From the NCBI GenBank assembly GCA_963840855.1, contig CAWJBB010000047.1, positions 1 through 28,037 on the forward strand: a DNA stretch of 28,037 nt, in the 5' to 3' direction. Source of the DNA: an uncultured delta proteobacterium (GTDB lineage Bacteria; Desulfobacterota; Binatia; UBA9968). A program made the translations under genes and the position numbers. Shown in pieces: positions 1 through 9,064 of this stretch. The notes below the pieces were generated by a model. It was not told the DNA's origin, ran no database searches, and saw only the letters and a program-made list of their open reading frames with translations. Every line of letters starts with the position of its first letter. Positions within the stretch are counted from its first letter, which is position 1.

Positions 1-555
1 GAGCAGTTTCTCGATTTGAGTGGTAATCCGCTGGTCTTCGGGTTCGACGGCGCTTTCAAAAACGGCTACGGGTTGTCCCGCCTTGTCGAGGAGATACTTG
101 TGGAAATTCCAGCGCGGCGGCTTCCCGGTCCTCGTGGAAAGCTCACGAAAGAGCGGGTTGGCGTTGGCGCCGACGACGGATGTCTTTGCGAACATCGGAA
201 ACGTCACGCCGTAGTTCAACTGGCAGAACTGCGCGATCTCTTTGTTCGACCCCGGCTCCTGGCCGCCGAAATCGTTCGCCGGAAAACCCAAGACCGCGAA
301 CCCTTTGTCGCGATAACGGCGATATAACTTTTCCAAGCCGTCGTACTGCGGCGTGTAGCCGCACTCGCTCGCGGTGTTGACGATCAGCAGCACTTTGCCG
401 CGAAACTGGCAGAGCGAGACCGCCGCGTCCATCAGATTGGCCAATTTGTGATCAAGCATGGGGGGGCAAGGAAATTCCGCTGCTAAACTTGGCGCTGGAA
501 TGGCGAATACCGCGAGCGCGGCGACGATAAATATGTAGATCGATCGGTTGAGCAT
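1..555 (-). CDS. Glutathione peroxidase family protein with N-terminal signal peptide; 3' end runs off the window
   Basis: Not in the ORF track because there is no stop in the window. Manual translation from ATG 555: MLNRSIYIFIVAALAVFAIPAPSLAA...GKVLLIVNTASECGYTPQY...LGFPANDFGGQEPG...PRWNFHKYLLD. These are the three GPx signature motifs, with Cys (TGC) rather than Sec. Confidence 0.93.
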   Translation of the reverse strand, partial: MLNRSIYIFIVAALAVFAIPAPSLAAEFPCPPMLDHKLANLMDAAVSLCQFRGKVLLIVNTASECGYTPQYDGLEKLYRRYRDKGFAVLGFPANDFGGQEPGSNKEIAQFCQLNYGVTFPMFAKTSVVGANANPLFRELSTRTGKPPRWNFHKYLLDKAGQPVAVFESAVEPEDQRITTQIEKLL

Positions 556-606
556 AGTTCCCCCATACGAGCGTGTCCCGGAATTGCCCATCGAATAGTT
601 ATGTGT

Positions 607-1494
607 TCACTCCAGCCGCACGTTCTTCTTGAAGTCGTAGTCCACGGCAATGTCCGACTCGAAGCGTTGGCGCATTCGGCCGGCCGGGTAAGCGCCCAGG
701 TATACTCGGTTCAAGAAATCGATCATCATTGCCCAGGCCGCCTCTGCTTCTGCCTGCCGGTACCGCCCGGGCATCGTGTCGTTAAGCCAGCCGTGGGGCA
801 TCTCGGCGAATATCTTAAACTCATAACTCCTTCTGTGCCGTTCTAAGTTGGCCCGGAACTTGTGCACGCCATCCAATGAAATGGTGTGGTCCTTTTCGGC
901 GAAGATGCCTAGGATCGGCGCGCTCACGTTCGCAATGACTTCCTCTCCGGTATTGACGCCGCCGTAGAAAACGAGGTTTGCAGCGACCTCTTTTCGAATG
1001 CTGTTGAGGAGCAAAGGATAGTCTCCGCTCTGGCACACGCCCATAGCCGCGATACGCGTCTTGTCCACCTGAGGTTGCGCCAAGAGGTAGTCCAGACCCT
1101 TGCCCATGTAGTATTTGATCTGCTCCGGAGTCAGGGTTAAACGGGCCTCCCCACGGTTCAGAGCCGCCTTATCTCCTTTCCAGTGGGAAGCCATGTCAGG
1201 AGCGACACACATGTAGCCATAAGCGGCAAACTTGGCCGCGAGATCGAGAGTGTGTTGCACGAGGCCGTAACGCTCATGGCCTAAGATGACGGCCCTGAAG
1301 GGCCCCTTGCCCTGCTGCGGTTGAGTCAAAAACGCTCGGGTACCTTCACCAAAATCCACCCAGGAGGTATTCGCCCCGATATATTTCCGTTCTGGCGTTG
1401 CGCCACTTGCTAAAGCAGCTGCACCTATCACTCCACCGCCAAGCCCTATTAAGAAGTTCCTGCGAGAAAGTCCTTCTTCTGTTTCATTCTCCAT
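607..1494 (-). CDS. Dienelactone hydrolase family protein with Tat signal
   Basis: GHERYGL motif, nucleophile elbow GVCQSG, FAEKD and HGWLND fit a Cys-Asp-His alpha/beta hydrolase. The N-terminus SRRNFL plus hydrophobic stretch is a twin-arginine signal. GGAGG RBS upstream. Confidence 0.85.
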   Translation of the reverse strand: MENETEEGLSRRNFLIGLGGGVIGAAALASGATPERKYIGANTSWVDFGEGTRAFLTQPQQGKGPFRAVILGHERYGLVQHTLDLAAKFAAYGYMCVAPDMASHWKGDKAALNRGEARLTLTPEQIKYYMGKGLDYLLAQPQVDKTRIAAMGVCQSGDYPLLLNSIRKEVAANLVFYGGVNTGEEVIANVSAPILGIFAEKDHTISLDGVHKFRANLERHRRSYEFKIFAEMPHGWLNDTMPGRYRQAEAEAAWAMMIDFLNRVYLGAYPAGRMRQRFESDIAVDYDFKKNVRLE

Positions 1495-1564
1495 GGCTTC
1501 CTGGCCTCCGTTCTGGCTAGAAAGAAGTGATAGGAAGTTTCTTTTGGGTGCTAGACAATGCCTA

Positions 1565-2623
1565 TTATGCCGCGCTTGCCCGTTGCGTCGTCGTCAGGTT
1601 CAATCCGACGATGAAGGACGGGTTCAGAGTGCACATGGTGTAGATCTCGTCCGACGTGCAGCCAAAAGCCGCCATGTGGCCGCGCAGCAGACGAAGCGAC
1701 TCCACCGAGTTGGGAAACAGCGGCTCACCCGCGTCGGACGAGAGCGTGCAGTGCTTGGGACCGACCGTACGAATGGCCTTGTACATATTTGCCGGGTCGA
1801 TGCCGAGAAGCGGCGACAATTCGTCGTAGGTGAAGTTGAGCCATAACCCAGCCGCGGCCGCATCCTTCATTTCCTCGATGGTCAAATTGACAAAGGGGCT
1901 GAAGGGATGGTCGACTACGCCTTTTTTGAAGCCGATCTTTTGACTGAACTCCGCCATCGCGCGGTACTCCTGCTTGGTCGGATGGCCAAAAAAGATCGCC
2001 GCGTCGCGGTCATGGGCCATGCGGAAGATCTCTTCGATCTCCGCTAAGAGCCGGCCCTTATCGTCGAGCAGGTAGTGGCCGTATTTGAGCGACTCGGACC
2101 AGGGCAGAGGTTCTGTATGGGCGTTCGGATCGGCGGTCTTGTCCCAAGCGATGGGCTTGCTGCCGACGAGTGAGAGTGTGTTGGCTGAGGTGTTGTTGGG
2201 CATCCAGAGCGCGATGACGCCGGCTTTCAACATCTTGGCCGACCACGCCGGCTCGATCTTTGAGAGGAATCCCTGTGTGACCGAGCTGCCCGCCCAGACA
2301 TGCGCCGGCGTACTACCCGTCTCCTCGCACCAGGATTCTAGCGCGCTGCGCACGGCGTCGACCGCCGCCGCCGGATCCTTTCGCCCCACGATAGTTTTGT
2401 AGAGCAGACCCATCATGCCGCTTTTAGAGGCGAGTTTGGCGACGCCGAGCGCATCCTGCTGTCCCTCGTGCGCATGGCAGTGAATGTCGATCGCGTCCTC
2501 GACTCCAATCACGCGGTCAAGCGAGGGATCGATGGGACCTTGCTTGAAGCCGCGGCGAGCGGGATAAGATGTAACCGAACGGGCTGCGCTCGGCGTGGCG
2601 TAGTTATGTGTTGTGTCGGCCAT
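1565..2623 (-). CDS. Amidohydrolase-superfamily TIM-barrel metal-dependent hydrolase (DUF6282-like)
   Basis: IDIHCHAH, FFGHP, VVDHP and LSSDAG metal-ligand pattern, with C-terminal LNPS. Start placed at ATG 2623, downstream of GGGAGG. Confidence 0.7.
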   Translation of the reverse strand: MADTTHNYATPSAARSVTSYPARRGFKQGPIDPSLDRVIGVEDAIDIHCHAHEGQQDALGVAKLASKSGMMGLLYKTIVGRKDPAAAVDAVRSALESWCEETGSTPAHVWAGSSVTQGFLSKIEPAWSAKMLKAGVIALWMPNNTSANTLSLVGSKPIAWDKTADPNAHTEPLPWSESLKYGHYLLDDKGRLLAEIEEIFRMAHDRDAAIFFGHPTKQEYRAMAEFSQKIGFKKGVVDHPFSPFVNLTIEEMKDAAAAGLWLNFTYDELSPLLGIDPANMYKAIRTVGPKHCTLSSDAGEPLFPNSVESLRLLRGHMAAFGCTSDEIYTMCTLNPSFIVGLNLTTTQRASAA

Positions 2624-2809
2624 TGTCAATCCTCCCGATTATGAATTGATTGGACCATAGCGCGTCCTTGCGCGGCGGGCAAACGTGACTTTGTTCGAAT
2701 GGCGAGGCGCCGGTTGCGGTCACGAAGGGATCCTTGTTTCATCCTTCGCTTGAATGAAATAGAATCTAATCCGCATCCGGATGGTTCCGCACGATCGGGG
2801 TGACCATTA

Positions 2810-4426
2810 ATGAATGTCTTGATGCTCTATCCTAAGTTTCCCGAGCAAACATTCTGGAATACCGCTCGGTCGGTACAGCTCCTGTGGGGGCGAAAGGCGA
2901 TTATGCCGCCGCTGGGTCTGCTCACCATCGCGGCTTATCTGCCGCAGGACTTCTCTCTTCGCCTGGTCGATCGCAACGTCGCGGAGGAATCGGCCGGCGA
3001 TTGGGAGTGGGCGGATGTTGTCTTCTTGAGCGTGATGTTGGCGCAGCGGGAAGACTACCGGCAGTGTGTGGCTAACGCGAAGATGCGCGGCAAGCCGATC
3101 GCCGTCGGTGGGCCTTTTACTCATGCGCTGCCGGAGGCGGCCTGCGCCGATGCCGATTGGGTTTGCTTTGGCGAGGCCGAAAGTATCACGGAGCAGTTGG
3201 TCAGTGATTTGCGCGCCGGTCGTCGCGGCCGAATATATCAAGGCGGTTCGGCCACGAATATGGAGCTCGTCAGGATTCCCCGCTTCGAGCTTTTAGCCGA
3301 CGTCAACGACTACGCCACGATGGCGCTGCAATTCTCCCGGGGCTGTCCTTTCAAGTGTGAATTCTGCGATATCATCGAGATCTATGGCCGCGTGCCGCGC
3401 ACCAAAACGGCTGCGCAAGTCTGCGCTGAACTGGCGGCAGTCGAACGGCTGGGTTTTCAAGGCTATATTTTTCTGGTCGACGATAATTTCATCGGCAACA
3501 AGAGAAAAGCGAAGGACATGCTCGCGGAGCTCGCTCCGTGGAACCGCCGGCACAATTATCCGTTTCGCTATTATACCGAAGCGTCGATCAATCTGGCCGA
3601 CGATGAGGAGTTGCTCGAGCGCATGTTCCAAGCCGGTTTCTTCCAGGTGTTCATCGGCATCGAGACTCCGGACCCCAAGCTGCTCAAGACAACGCAGAAG
3701 ATGCAAAATATTCCGGGCAACCCGCTGGCGAAGCTGGCCAAGATTCGCCGGCACGGGCTCCACGTCACCGCCGGTTTCATCGTCGGATTCGACGGCGAAG
3801 ATCGCACCGTGTTCGAGGCGCAGCGGAAATTTATCCAGGCTTCCGGGATCGGCGTTGCGATGGTCGGCTTGCTGCAGGCCATTCCGCACACGCAACTCGC
3901 CCGTCGTTTGAAGGCCGAAGGGCGGTTATTGGAAACACTCAGCTCCACCGGCAATCACACGGTGGAGGGAATCAATTTTATCCCCAAGGGCGAAATGACC
4001 AGACGGGAGTATCTCGAAAAATACCGCGAGCTTGTCCTGGAGATCTATCAGCCGAAGGCCTATTTCGCGCGGACTCTTCCCGCTTTATTGGAGCTCCGGG
4101 CCAGGGTCCCGCTCGCCGCCGTGAGGCGGCATGGGGCGAAACTATTGGCCGTTCTTATCAAGGAATCCTATTATTTCGGCATGCGCGCGAAGGCGATCAG
4201 GTTTTATTTCTGGAAAGCGCTTTTGCAAATCCTGTGGAAGCGGCCGGCCGCAATCGAGTCATTCGTTTTCGACTGCGCGGTTTTTCACCATCTGCACCAG
4301 CATGCCGACTACGTCCAACGCGCGCTCGCCAGGTATCTTTCCACACCCGCTATAGAACTTGATTGCTCCCGACCTTTAGAGATAAAACCCTATGCGTTAG
4401 GCCATACAACTCATGACAAGTTCTGA
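2810..4426 (+). CDS. B12-binding domain radical SAM protein (DUF4070-type)
   Basis: PPLGLLTIAA and VGGP cobalamin-binding motifs; SRGCPFKCEFCDI (CxxxCxxC); FLVDDNFIGN; FIGIET; GFIVGFDGE. Confidence 0.9.
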   Translation: MNVLMLYPKFPEQTFWNTARSVQLLWGRKAIMPPLGLLTIAAYLPQDFSLRLVDRNVAEESAGDWEWADVVFLSVMLAQREDYRQCVANAKMRGKPIAVGGPFTHALPEAACADADWVCFGEAESITEQLVSDLRAGRRGRIYQGGSATNMELVRIPRFELLADVNDYATMALQFSRGCPFKCEFCDIIEIYGRVPRTKTAAQVCAELAAVERLGFQGYIFLVDDNFIGNKRKAKDMLAELAPWNRRHNYPFRYYTEASINLADDEELLERMFQAGFFQVFIGIETPDPKLLKTTQKMQNIPGNPLAKLAKIRRHGLHVTAGFIVGFDGEDRTVFEAQRKFIQASGIGVAMVGLLQAIPHTQLARRLKAEGRLLETLSSTGNHTVEGINFIPKGEMTRREYLEKYRELVLEIYQPKAYFARTLPALLELRARVPLAAVRRHGAKLLAVLIKESYYFGMRAKAIRFYFWKALLQILWKRPAAIESFVFDCAVFHHLHQHADYVQRALARYLSTPAIELDCSRPLEIKPYALGHTTHDKF

Positions 4427-4955
4427 GCTATCGTTGCGATTGGCGCGACCGGCAGACGCTACCGCCATTGCCAATTTGTCGCGCGATTTAATTGAGTACG
4501 GTCTCCAATGGCGTTGGACACCTATGCGGGTGGCGGCGAGTATTCGCGCCTACGATGTTAACGTACTCGTCGCATGCAATCACGATAACATTGCCGGATT
4601 TGCGATCATGCGCTACGGAGACGACGACGCACACTTGGACCTTCTCGCCGTGGCTCCGCCCTATCGACGAGCAGGCGTCGGACGCCAACTTCTCGAGTGG
4701 CTCGAGAAATGCGCCGTCGTGGCTGGCATATTCAACGTCGCCCTGGAAGTGCGCGCGGAGAACGAAGGAGCCCAGCTTTTCTATAAGCGCATGGGCTATC
4801 GCACGCTCGTTCAGCTTCCCGGCTACTACCAGGGTATCGAGGCGGCGATCCAGATGGGCCGGGATTTGTCTTGCCGACCTATGGACCACAGAATTTGCTG
4901 CCCTGGCTCAAGGTCAAACCACGGGCATTCCAGAAACTCCGAGGGAAGAAGTTAG
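4413..4955 (+). CDS. GNAT N-acetyltransferase, RimI-like
   Basis: LAVAPPYRRAGVGRQLL acetyl-CoA motif A; LEVRAENEGAQLFYKRMGY; GYY. Overlaps the radical SAM gene by 14 nt. Confidence 0.85.
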   Translation: MTSSELSLRLARPADATAIANLSRDLIEYGLQWRWTPMRVAASIRAYDVNVLVACNHDNIAGFAIMRYGDDDAHLDLLAVAPPYRRAGVGRQLLEWLEKCAVVAGIFNVALEVRAENEGAQLFYKRMGYRTLVQLPGYYQGIEAAIQMGRDLSCRPMDHRICCPGSRSNHGHSRNSEGRS

Positions 4956-5035
4956 GTAGCTCTGTGAGACAATACAGGCATTGAAGCTTTTGGCGGCGCC
5001 GGGGCGCGGACAAGGGGCGTGAGGACGGGAGCAGT

Positions 5036-6496
5036 ATGACTCGGAGCGGCGACGACTATGTGCGCGGCCTGCGCGATGGCCGCTCGGTACTGTTCGACGG
5101 CGAGCGCGTGGCCGACGTGACGACGCATCCGGCCTTCGCCGCCGGGATACGCACCGTCGCAGAGCTCTACGATCGCGCCCATGATCCGGCCAACCGCGAG
5201 CTGATGACTTACCCCTCGCCGCGCGACGGCCGGCCCATCAACAAGTGCTGGCTGGTGCCGCGGAGCCGCGCGGACTTGGCGGCGCGACGGCGCGCGATCA
5301 AGTTCTGGGCTGATGCCAGCTATGGCTTCCTGGGGCGCTCGCCTGATCATGTCGCGTCGTTTTTCGCGGGCTTCGCCGGCTCACCCGCGTTCTACGCACG
5401 AGGCGGGCAGCAGTTCGCCGACAATCTTTTGCGCTTCGCCGCCAGAGCCGCCGACGAGGATTTATATATCAGCTACGTCATTGTCCATCCCACCGTCGAC
5501 CGCGCCAAACCGGCGCACCAGCAGGCCGAGCCGTACCTCTACGCCGGCGCCGCCGCCGAGCGTGGCAACGGGATGGTCATTCGTGGGGCACAGATGCTCG
5601 GCACGGGCTCCGTGATGTCTGACTACGTGCTGCTCACGGTTATCTTGCCGCTGCGCCCGGGCGACGAAGACTACGCGATCTCCTGCGTGGTGCCGAATGG
5701 CGCGCCTGGCCTGAAGCTTTATCCGCGCCGGCCCTATGCGCTCGGACCCACTAGCGTGTTCGACTACCCGCTGTCCAGCCGCTTCGACGAGACCGATTCG
5801 CTGGTCGTGTTCGACAATGTCTTGGTGCCTTGGGAAGACGTGTTCATCTACAAGAATATTGACCTGACGGCCGGTCAGTTCAGCGTCACCGCGGCGCATG
5901 TGCTGGGCAACACCCAGTCGCATATCCGATCATGGGCCAAGCTGCAGTTCCTGGTAGGGCTGGTCAAGCGTTGCATGGACCTGAGCGGTCGCTCGGCCGC
6001 TAGCGACACAGTTGCCCAACTCGGCGACCTCGCCACCCGCGTCTCGCTCGTGGAGGGTATGATCCTCGGCGCCGAGGCCGCGGCGGAGCCCGACCAATTC
6101 GGTGTGATGCGCCCCAAGGATGCTCTGCTCTACGCCAGCCAGGTGTTCCAGCAGGCGATGTATCCGGCGCTGCTCAACCAGATCCGCGGGCTGATGGGCG
6201 GCAGCCTGATCCAGTTGCCAGCGACGGTGGGTGAGCTACGCGCGCCCGGCTCGGCGGCGGATATCGAGCGGTACGTGCGCTGGCCGCAAGCGGCGGGCCG
6301 CGAGCGGGTGAAGCTCTTGAAGCTCTTATGGGACGCTCTCGGCTCGGAGTTCGGCTCGCGGCATCTGCAGTACGAAATGTTCTACGCTGGCGAGCCCGCA
6401 GCCATTCAGGGGCGCGAGTTCCGCAACTTCGATTGGGCGGCTGCGGAGGCCTTGGTTGATCGTTGCCTGGCGAGCTACGACGCCGACACCGTGTAG
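5036..6496 (+). CDS. 4-hydroxyphenylacetate 3-hydroxylase family (HpaB-like) flavin-dependent monooxygenase, oxygenase component
   Basis: LRDGRSV..DGERVADVTTHPAF; GRSPDH; DYPLSSRFDETDSLVVFDNVLVPWE; GSEFGSRHLQYEMFYAG. Confidence 0.92.
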   Translation: MTRSGDDYVRGLRDGRSVLFDGERVADVTTHPAFAAGIRTVAELYDRAHDPANRELMTYPSPRDGRPINKCWLVPRSRADLAARRRAIKFWADASYGFLGRSPDHVASFFAGFAGSPAFYARGGQQFADNLLRFAARAADEDLYISYVIVHPTVDRAKPAHQQAEPYLYAGAAAERGNGMVIRGAQMLGTGSVMSDYVLLTVILPLRPGDEDYAISCVVPNGAPGLKLYPRRPYALGPTSVFDYPLSSRFDETDSLVVFDNVLVPWEDVFIYKNIDLTAGQFSVTAAHVLGNTQSHIRSWAKLQFLVGLVKRCMDLSGRSAASDTVAQLGDLATRVSLVEGMILGAEAAAEPDQFGVMRPKDALLYASQVFQQAMYPALLNQIRGLMGGSLIQLPATVGELRAPGSAADIERYVRWPQAAGRERVKLLKLLWDALGSEFGSRHLQYEMFYAGEPAAIQGREFRNFDWAAAEALVDRCLASYDADTV

Positions 6497-6498
6497 CG

Positions 6499-6662
6499 GC
6501 AGCTTGCTGCGGAGAAGTTCATTCTCCTTCGCCGAATACCTCGCAGCTTGCTGCGAGGATGAAGGTGAGGAGAACCCTCCGTAGCCTTGGCGAAGGAGGG
6601 TGGAAGGGCTTCGGAGAATTTTGCAAAGATACCTCGGAGCTTTGCTCCGAGGAGCTTCATTG
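6499..6662. repeat. Cluster of REP-like palindromes
   Basis: GCAGCTTGCTGC (6499-6510); CCTCGCAGC-TT-GCTGCGAGG (6539-6558); CCCTCC...GGAGGG hairpin (6575-6600); CCTCGGAGC-TTT-GCTCCGAGG (6632-6652). Confidence 0.75.
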
Positions 6663-6762
6663 AGAACAGGCAGGCCTGATTCCCGGCACGGAGTTGTTCT
6701 TTGTGTCGTAGTAATGAAATACTCCCGACAGGCGAAAGCGACTCAAATGAGGGGGAAGAACG

Positions 6763-7650
6763 ATGAAACGTGACCTTGTCGGTTATGGGAAAAATTTGCC
6801 CCAAGTGGAATGGCCTGGTGGCTGCCAAATTGCCGTCTCCCTGGTCGTCAACTACGAGGAGGGTTCCGAGCTCACCCCGGCGTACGGGGACAATAGACAC
6901 GAGACTAATGGGGAATTACCGTCTCGGAAACCTCCGGAGGCCCGCAGTCTTCAGACTGAGTCCCAATGGGAATATGGGGGACGAGCAGGTGTTTGGCGGT
7001 TGTTGCGCTTGTTCGAGGAGTACGAAGTTAAAGCAACCTTCTTCGCCTGTGCCATGGCATTAGAACAAAATCCGCCCCTTGGCCGCGAGATTATTGCCCG
7101 GGGCCACGATGTTTGCGGGCACGGGCTGCGTTGGGTTGAACAATGGCACCTCGACCGCGACAGCGAAAAGGAGAGCGTTCAAAAAGCCGTGGCTTCCATC
7201 GAGAAAACGACCGGTCGCAGGCCTCTGGGCTGGTTCACGAAATCCGGACCGAGCCTCAATACTCGAGAGCTTTTGGCGGAAGAGGGATTTCTGTACGATT
7301 GCGACGGTATAAACGACGATCTGCCCTATTACACGGAGGTGAAAGGGAAACCCTGGCTGGTGGTTCCTTATGCCTTTGACAGCAATGACGGAAAATATTG
7401 GCGCGGCGCTTGGAGTAATGGAGACCAATTCTTCGGTTATTTGAAGGATAGCTTTGACATGCTGTACAGGGAAGGCGCAACCCACCCTAAAATGTTGTCG
7501 GTAGGGTTGCACTCGCGCGTCTCGGGCCGTCCCGGGCGAGCGACAGCGGTGGCGCGATTCATCGAATATGCCAAAGGCTTTCCGAAGGTTTGGTTTGCCG
7601 GCCGGGACGAGATCGCCCGCTGGTGGCTGGAACAGCACCCGCCGGCGTGA
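6763..7650 (+). CDS. Polysaccharide deacetylase (CE4) family, PuuE allantoinase-like
   Basis: VSLVVNYEEG; EYGGRAGVWRLLRLF; HDVCGHGLRW; DDLPY; PKMLSVGLHSRVSGRPGR. Confidence 0.85.
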   Translation: MKRDLVGYGKNLPQVEWPGGCQIAVSLVVNYEEGSELTPAYGDNRHETNGELPSRKPPEARSLQTESQWEYGGRAGVWRLLRLFEEYEVKATFFACAMALEQNPPLGREIIARGHDVCGHGLRWVEQWHLDRDSEKESVQKAVASIEKTTGRRPLGWFTKSGPSLNTRELLAEEGFLYDCDGINDDLPYYTEVKGKPWLVVPYAFDSNDGKYWRGAWSNGDQFFGYLKDSFDMLYREGATHPKMLSVGLHSRVSGRPGRATAVARFIEYAKGFPKVWFAGRDEIARWWLEQHPPA

Positions 7651-7701
7651 AAAATGCAAATTCAATAGGCTCTGACTTCCAAAGCGATCCATGTTTTCCG
7701 C

Positions 7702-7731
7702 TTGACTCCCCGCTGTCATAGTGAATAGGTT
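7702..7731 (+). promoter_or_regulatory. Putative sigma70 promoter for the Bug/TctC gene
   Basis: TTGACT-N18-TAGGTT, about 65 nt upstream of the GTG at 7797. Confidence 0.4.
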
Positions 7732-7796
7732 CGTCGTGAGCTATGACCGTAAGCTCGTCGTAGCAGAGCCGAACGATTCTGTCCCGCGAGGATCTC

Positions 7797-8837
7797 GTGA
7801 ACAAGAGCTTGCTTGTTCTCTTGGCATTTATTTTACCCAGCCAGTTTTCAGGACTGGCACGGTCGTTTGCGGATACACCTTTCTATCAAGGAAAAACGAT
7901 CACCATCGTCCAGAGCGCTGAACCTGGCGGGTCTGGAGATTTGCGAACCAAAGCTGTTACCGCTGCTCTGTCGAAGCATATCCCAGGCAATCCCACGATT
8001 ATGATGCAATACATGCCGGGTGGCGGAGGGCTAAAGGCTGCAAACTACATGTTCAGGACGGCGCGGCCGGACGGTCTCACCATAGGGCGCGTGGGCCCCG
8101 GACACGTCCAGAGCGCCGTCATGCGCGATCCCGGCGTAAGCTTTGATATTGACCAATTCATCTACATGGGATCGCCGATAAGTCGATGGGCCAGCGTCTT
8201 CTACACCCGAAAGGAGATTGGTTTGACGAACGTGGAAAAGCTGCAAGCTGGCGCTCGGTTGAGAATCGGCGCGCAATCGGTGGGACATCCCGTCTACGTG
8301 CGCGGACGGCTTGTGGCGTGGCTTCTCGGCTTGAAAGAACCTCAATTCGTTACGGGTTATTCAGCGCCGGAGATGGGAGTGGCATTCCGCCAGGGTGAGA
8401 TCGACGCGCTGGTGGAAGACCCCGATGACGAGGAGATCAAAAAGGAGTTCGCGCATTTCCATATCGTTTTCAACACGCCCAACCATTACAAGCATCCTCA
8501 CCCCCGTTTCAGGTCGTTACCCCATGTCAATGAGTTTGCAAAAACCGAGAAGGAACAAAAGCTACTTGCGTTGTTTCAAGTCTTCAGAGCCGTCGGCGAT
8601 TCCTACGTGCTTCCTCCCGGAACGGCGCGGGATCGGGTTGAAATTTTACGCGAGGCAATGCGCAAGGCTCTCAAAGACCCGGAATTTTTCCAACGGTTCA
8701 AAGCATACTTTGGAGTTGAGGCTACGCCGCTATTTCCCGAAGAGCAGCAAAAATTGGTCCGAGGAACGCCAAGGGAACCTGAAATCTTGGATCTTTACAA
8801 GGCGCTGGCAGGGCACGGCGTTCTACCCGTCCGTTAG
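7797..8837 (+). CDS. Tripartite tricarboxylate transporter substrate-binding protein (Bug/TctC family)
   Basis: Signal peptide; FYQGKTITIV..PGGSGD; KHIPGNPTI...MPGGGG; PDGLTIG; PPGT..DRVEILR.A...LKDPEF. Confidence 0.88.
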   Translation: MNKSLLVLLAFILPSQFSGLARSFADTPFYQGKTITIVQSAEPGGSGDLRTKAVTAALSKHIPGNPTIMMQYMPGGGGLKAANYMFRTARPDGLTIGRVGPGHVQSAVMRDPGVSFDIDQFIYMGSPISRWASVFYTRKEIGLTNVEKLQAGARLRIGAQSVGHPVYVRGRLVAWLLGLKEPQFVTGYSAPEMGVAFRQGEIDALVEDPDDEEIKKEFAHFHIVFNTPNHYKHPHPRFRSLPHVNEFAKTEKEQKLLALFQVFRAVGDSYVLPPGTARDRVEILREAMRKALKDPEFFQRFKAYFGVEATPLFPEEQQKLVRGTPREPEILDLYKALAGHGVLPVR

Positions 8838-8903
8838 AAACATAGCCAAACATATTTGAAATGTTTTGCGGAATCTCGGGCAAGAGAATCGGAAACACGG
8901 TGA

Positions 8904-8985
8904 CTCGCGCAAAGTCGCAAAGGCGCCAAGGTGTTCGGAGAAATAGGCAAAAATCTTTCTTTGCGAGCTTGGCGTCTTGGCGGGA
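8904..8985. repeat. REP-like imperfect inverted repeat (CGCAAAG/CGCCAAG units facing CTTTGCG/CTTGGCG units)
   Basis: CGCGCAAAGTCGCAAAGGCGCCAAG (8906-8930) and CTTTGCGAGCTTGGCGTCTTGGCGGGA (8959-8985) have three mirrored heptamers each. Confidence 0.7.
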
Positions 8986-9064
8986 TAAAATTCTTAAACT
9001 CGTCCTGTTCGACAATTCAAGGGTAAGAATCTAAGTAAGATCTGATCGAGAGGAGAAGAGAGCA

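Noticed and set aside
16-380. Short ORFs in the track at the window start
   Set aside because: They overlap the real minus-strand glutathione peroxidase.
1-555. Possible selenocysteine GPx
   Set aside because: The active-site codon is TGC (Cys), with no in-frame TGA.
6499-6662. CRISPR mini-array
   Set aside because: The repeats are degenerate and irregularly spaced, the spacers are themselves palindromic, and there are no cas genes.
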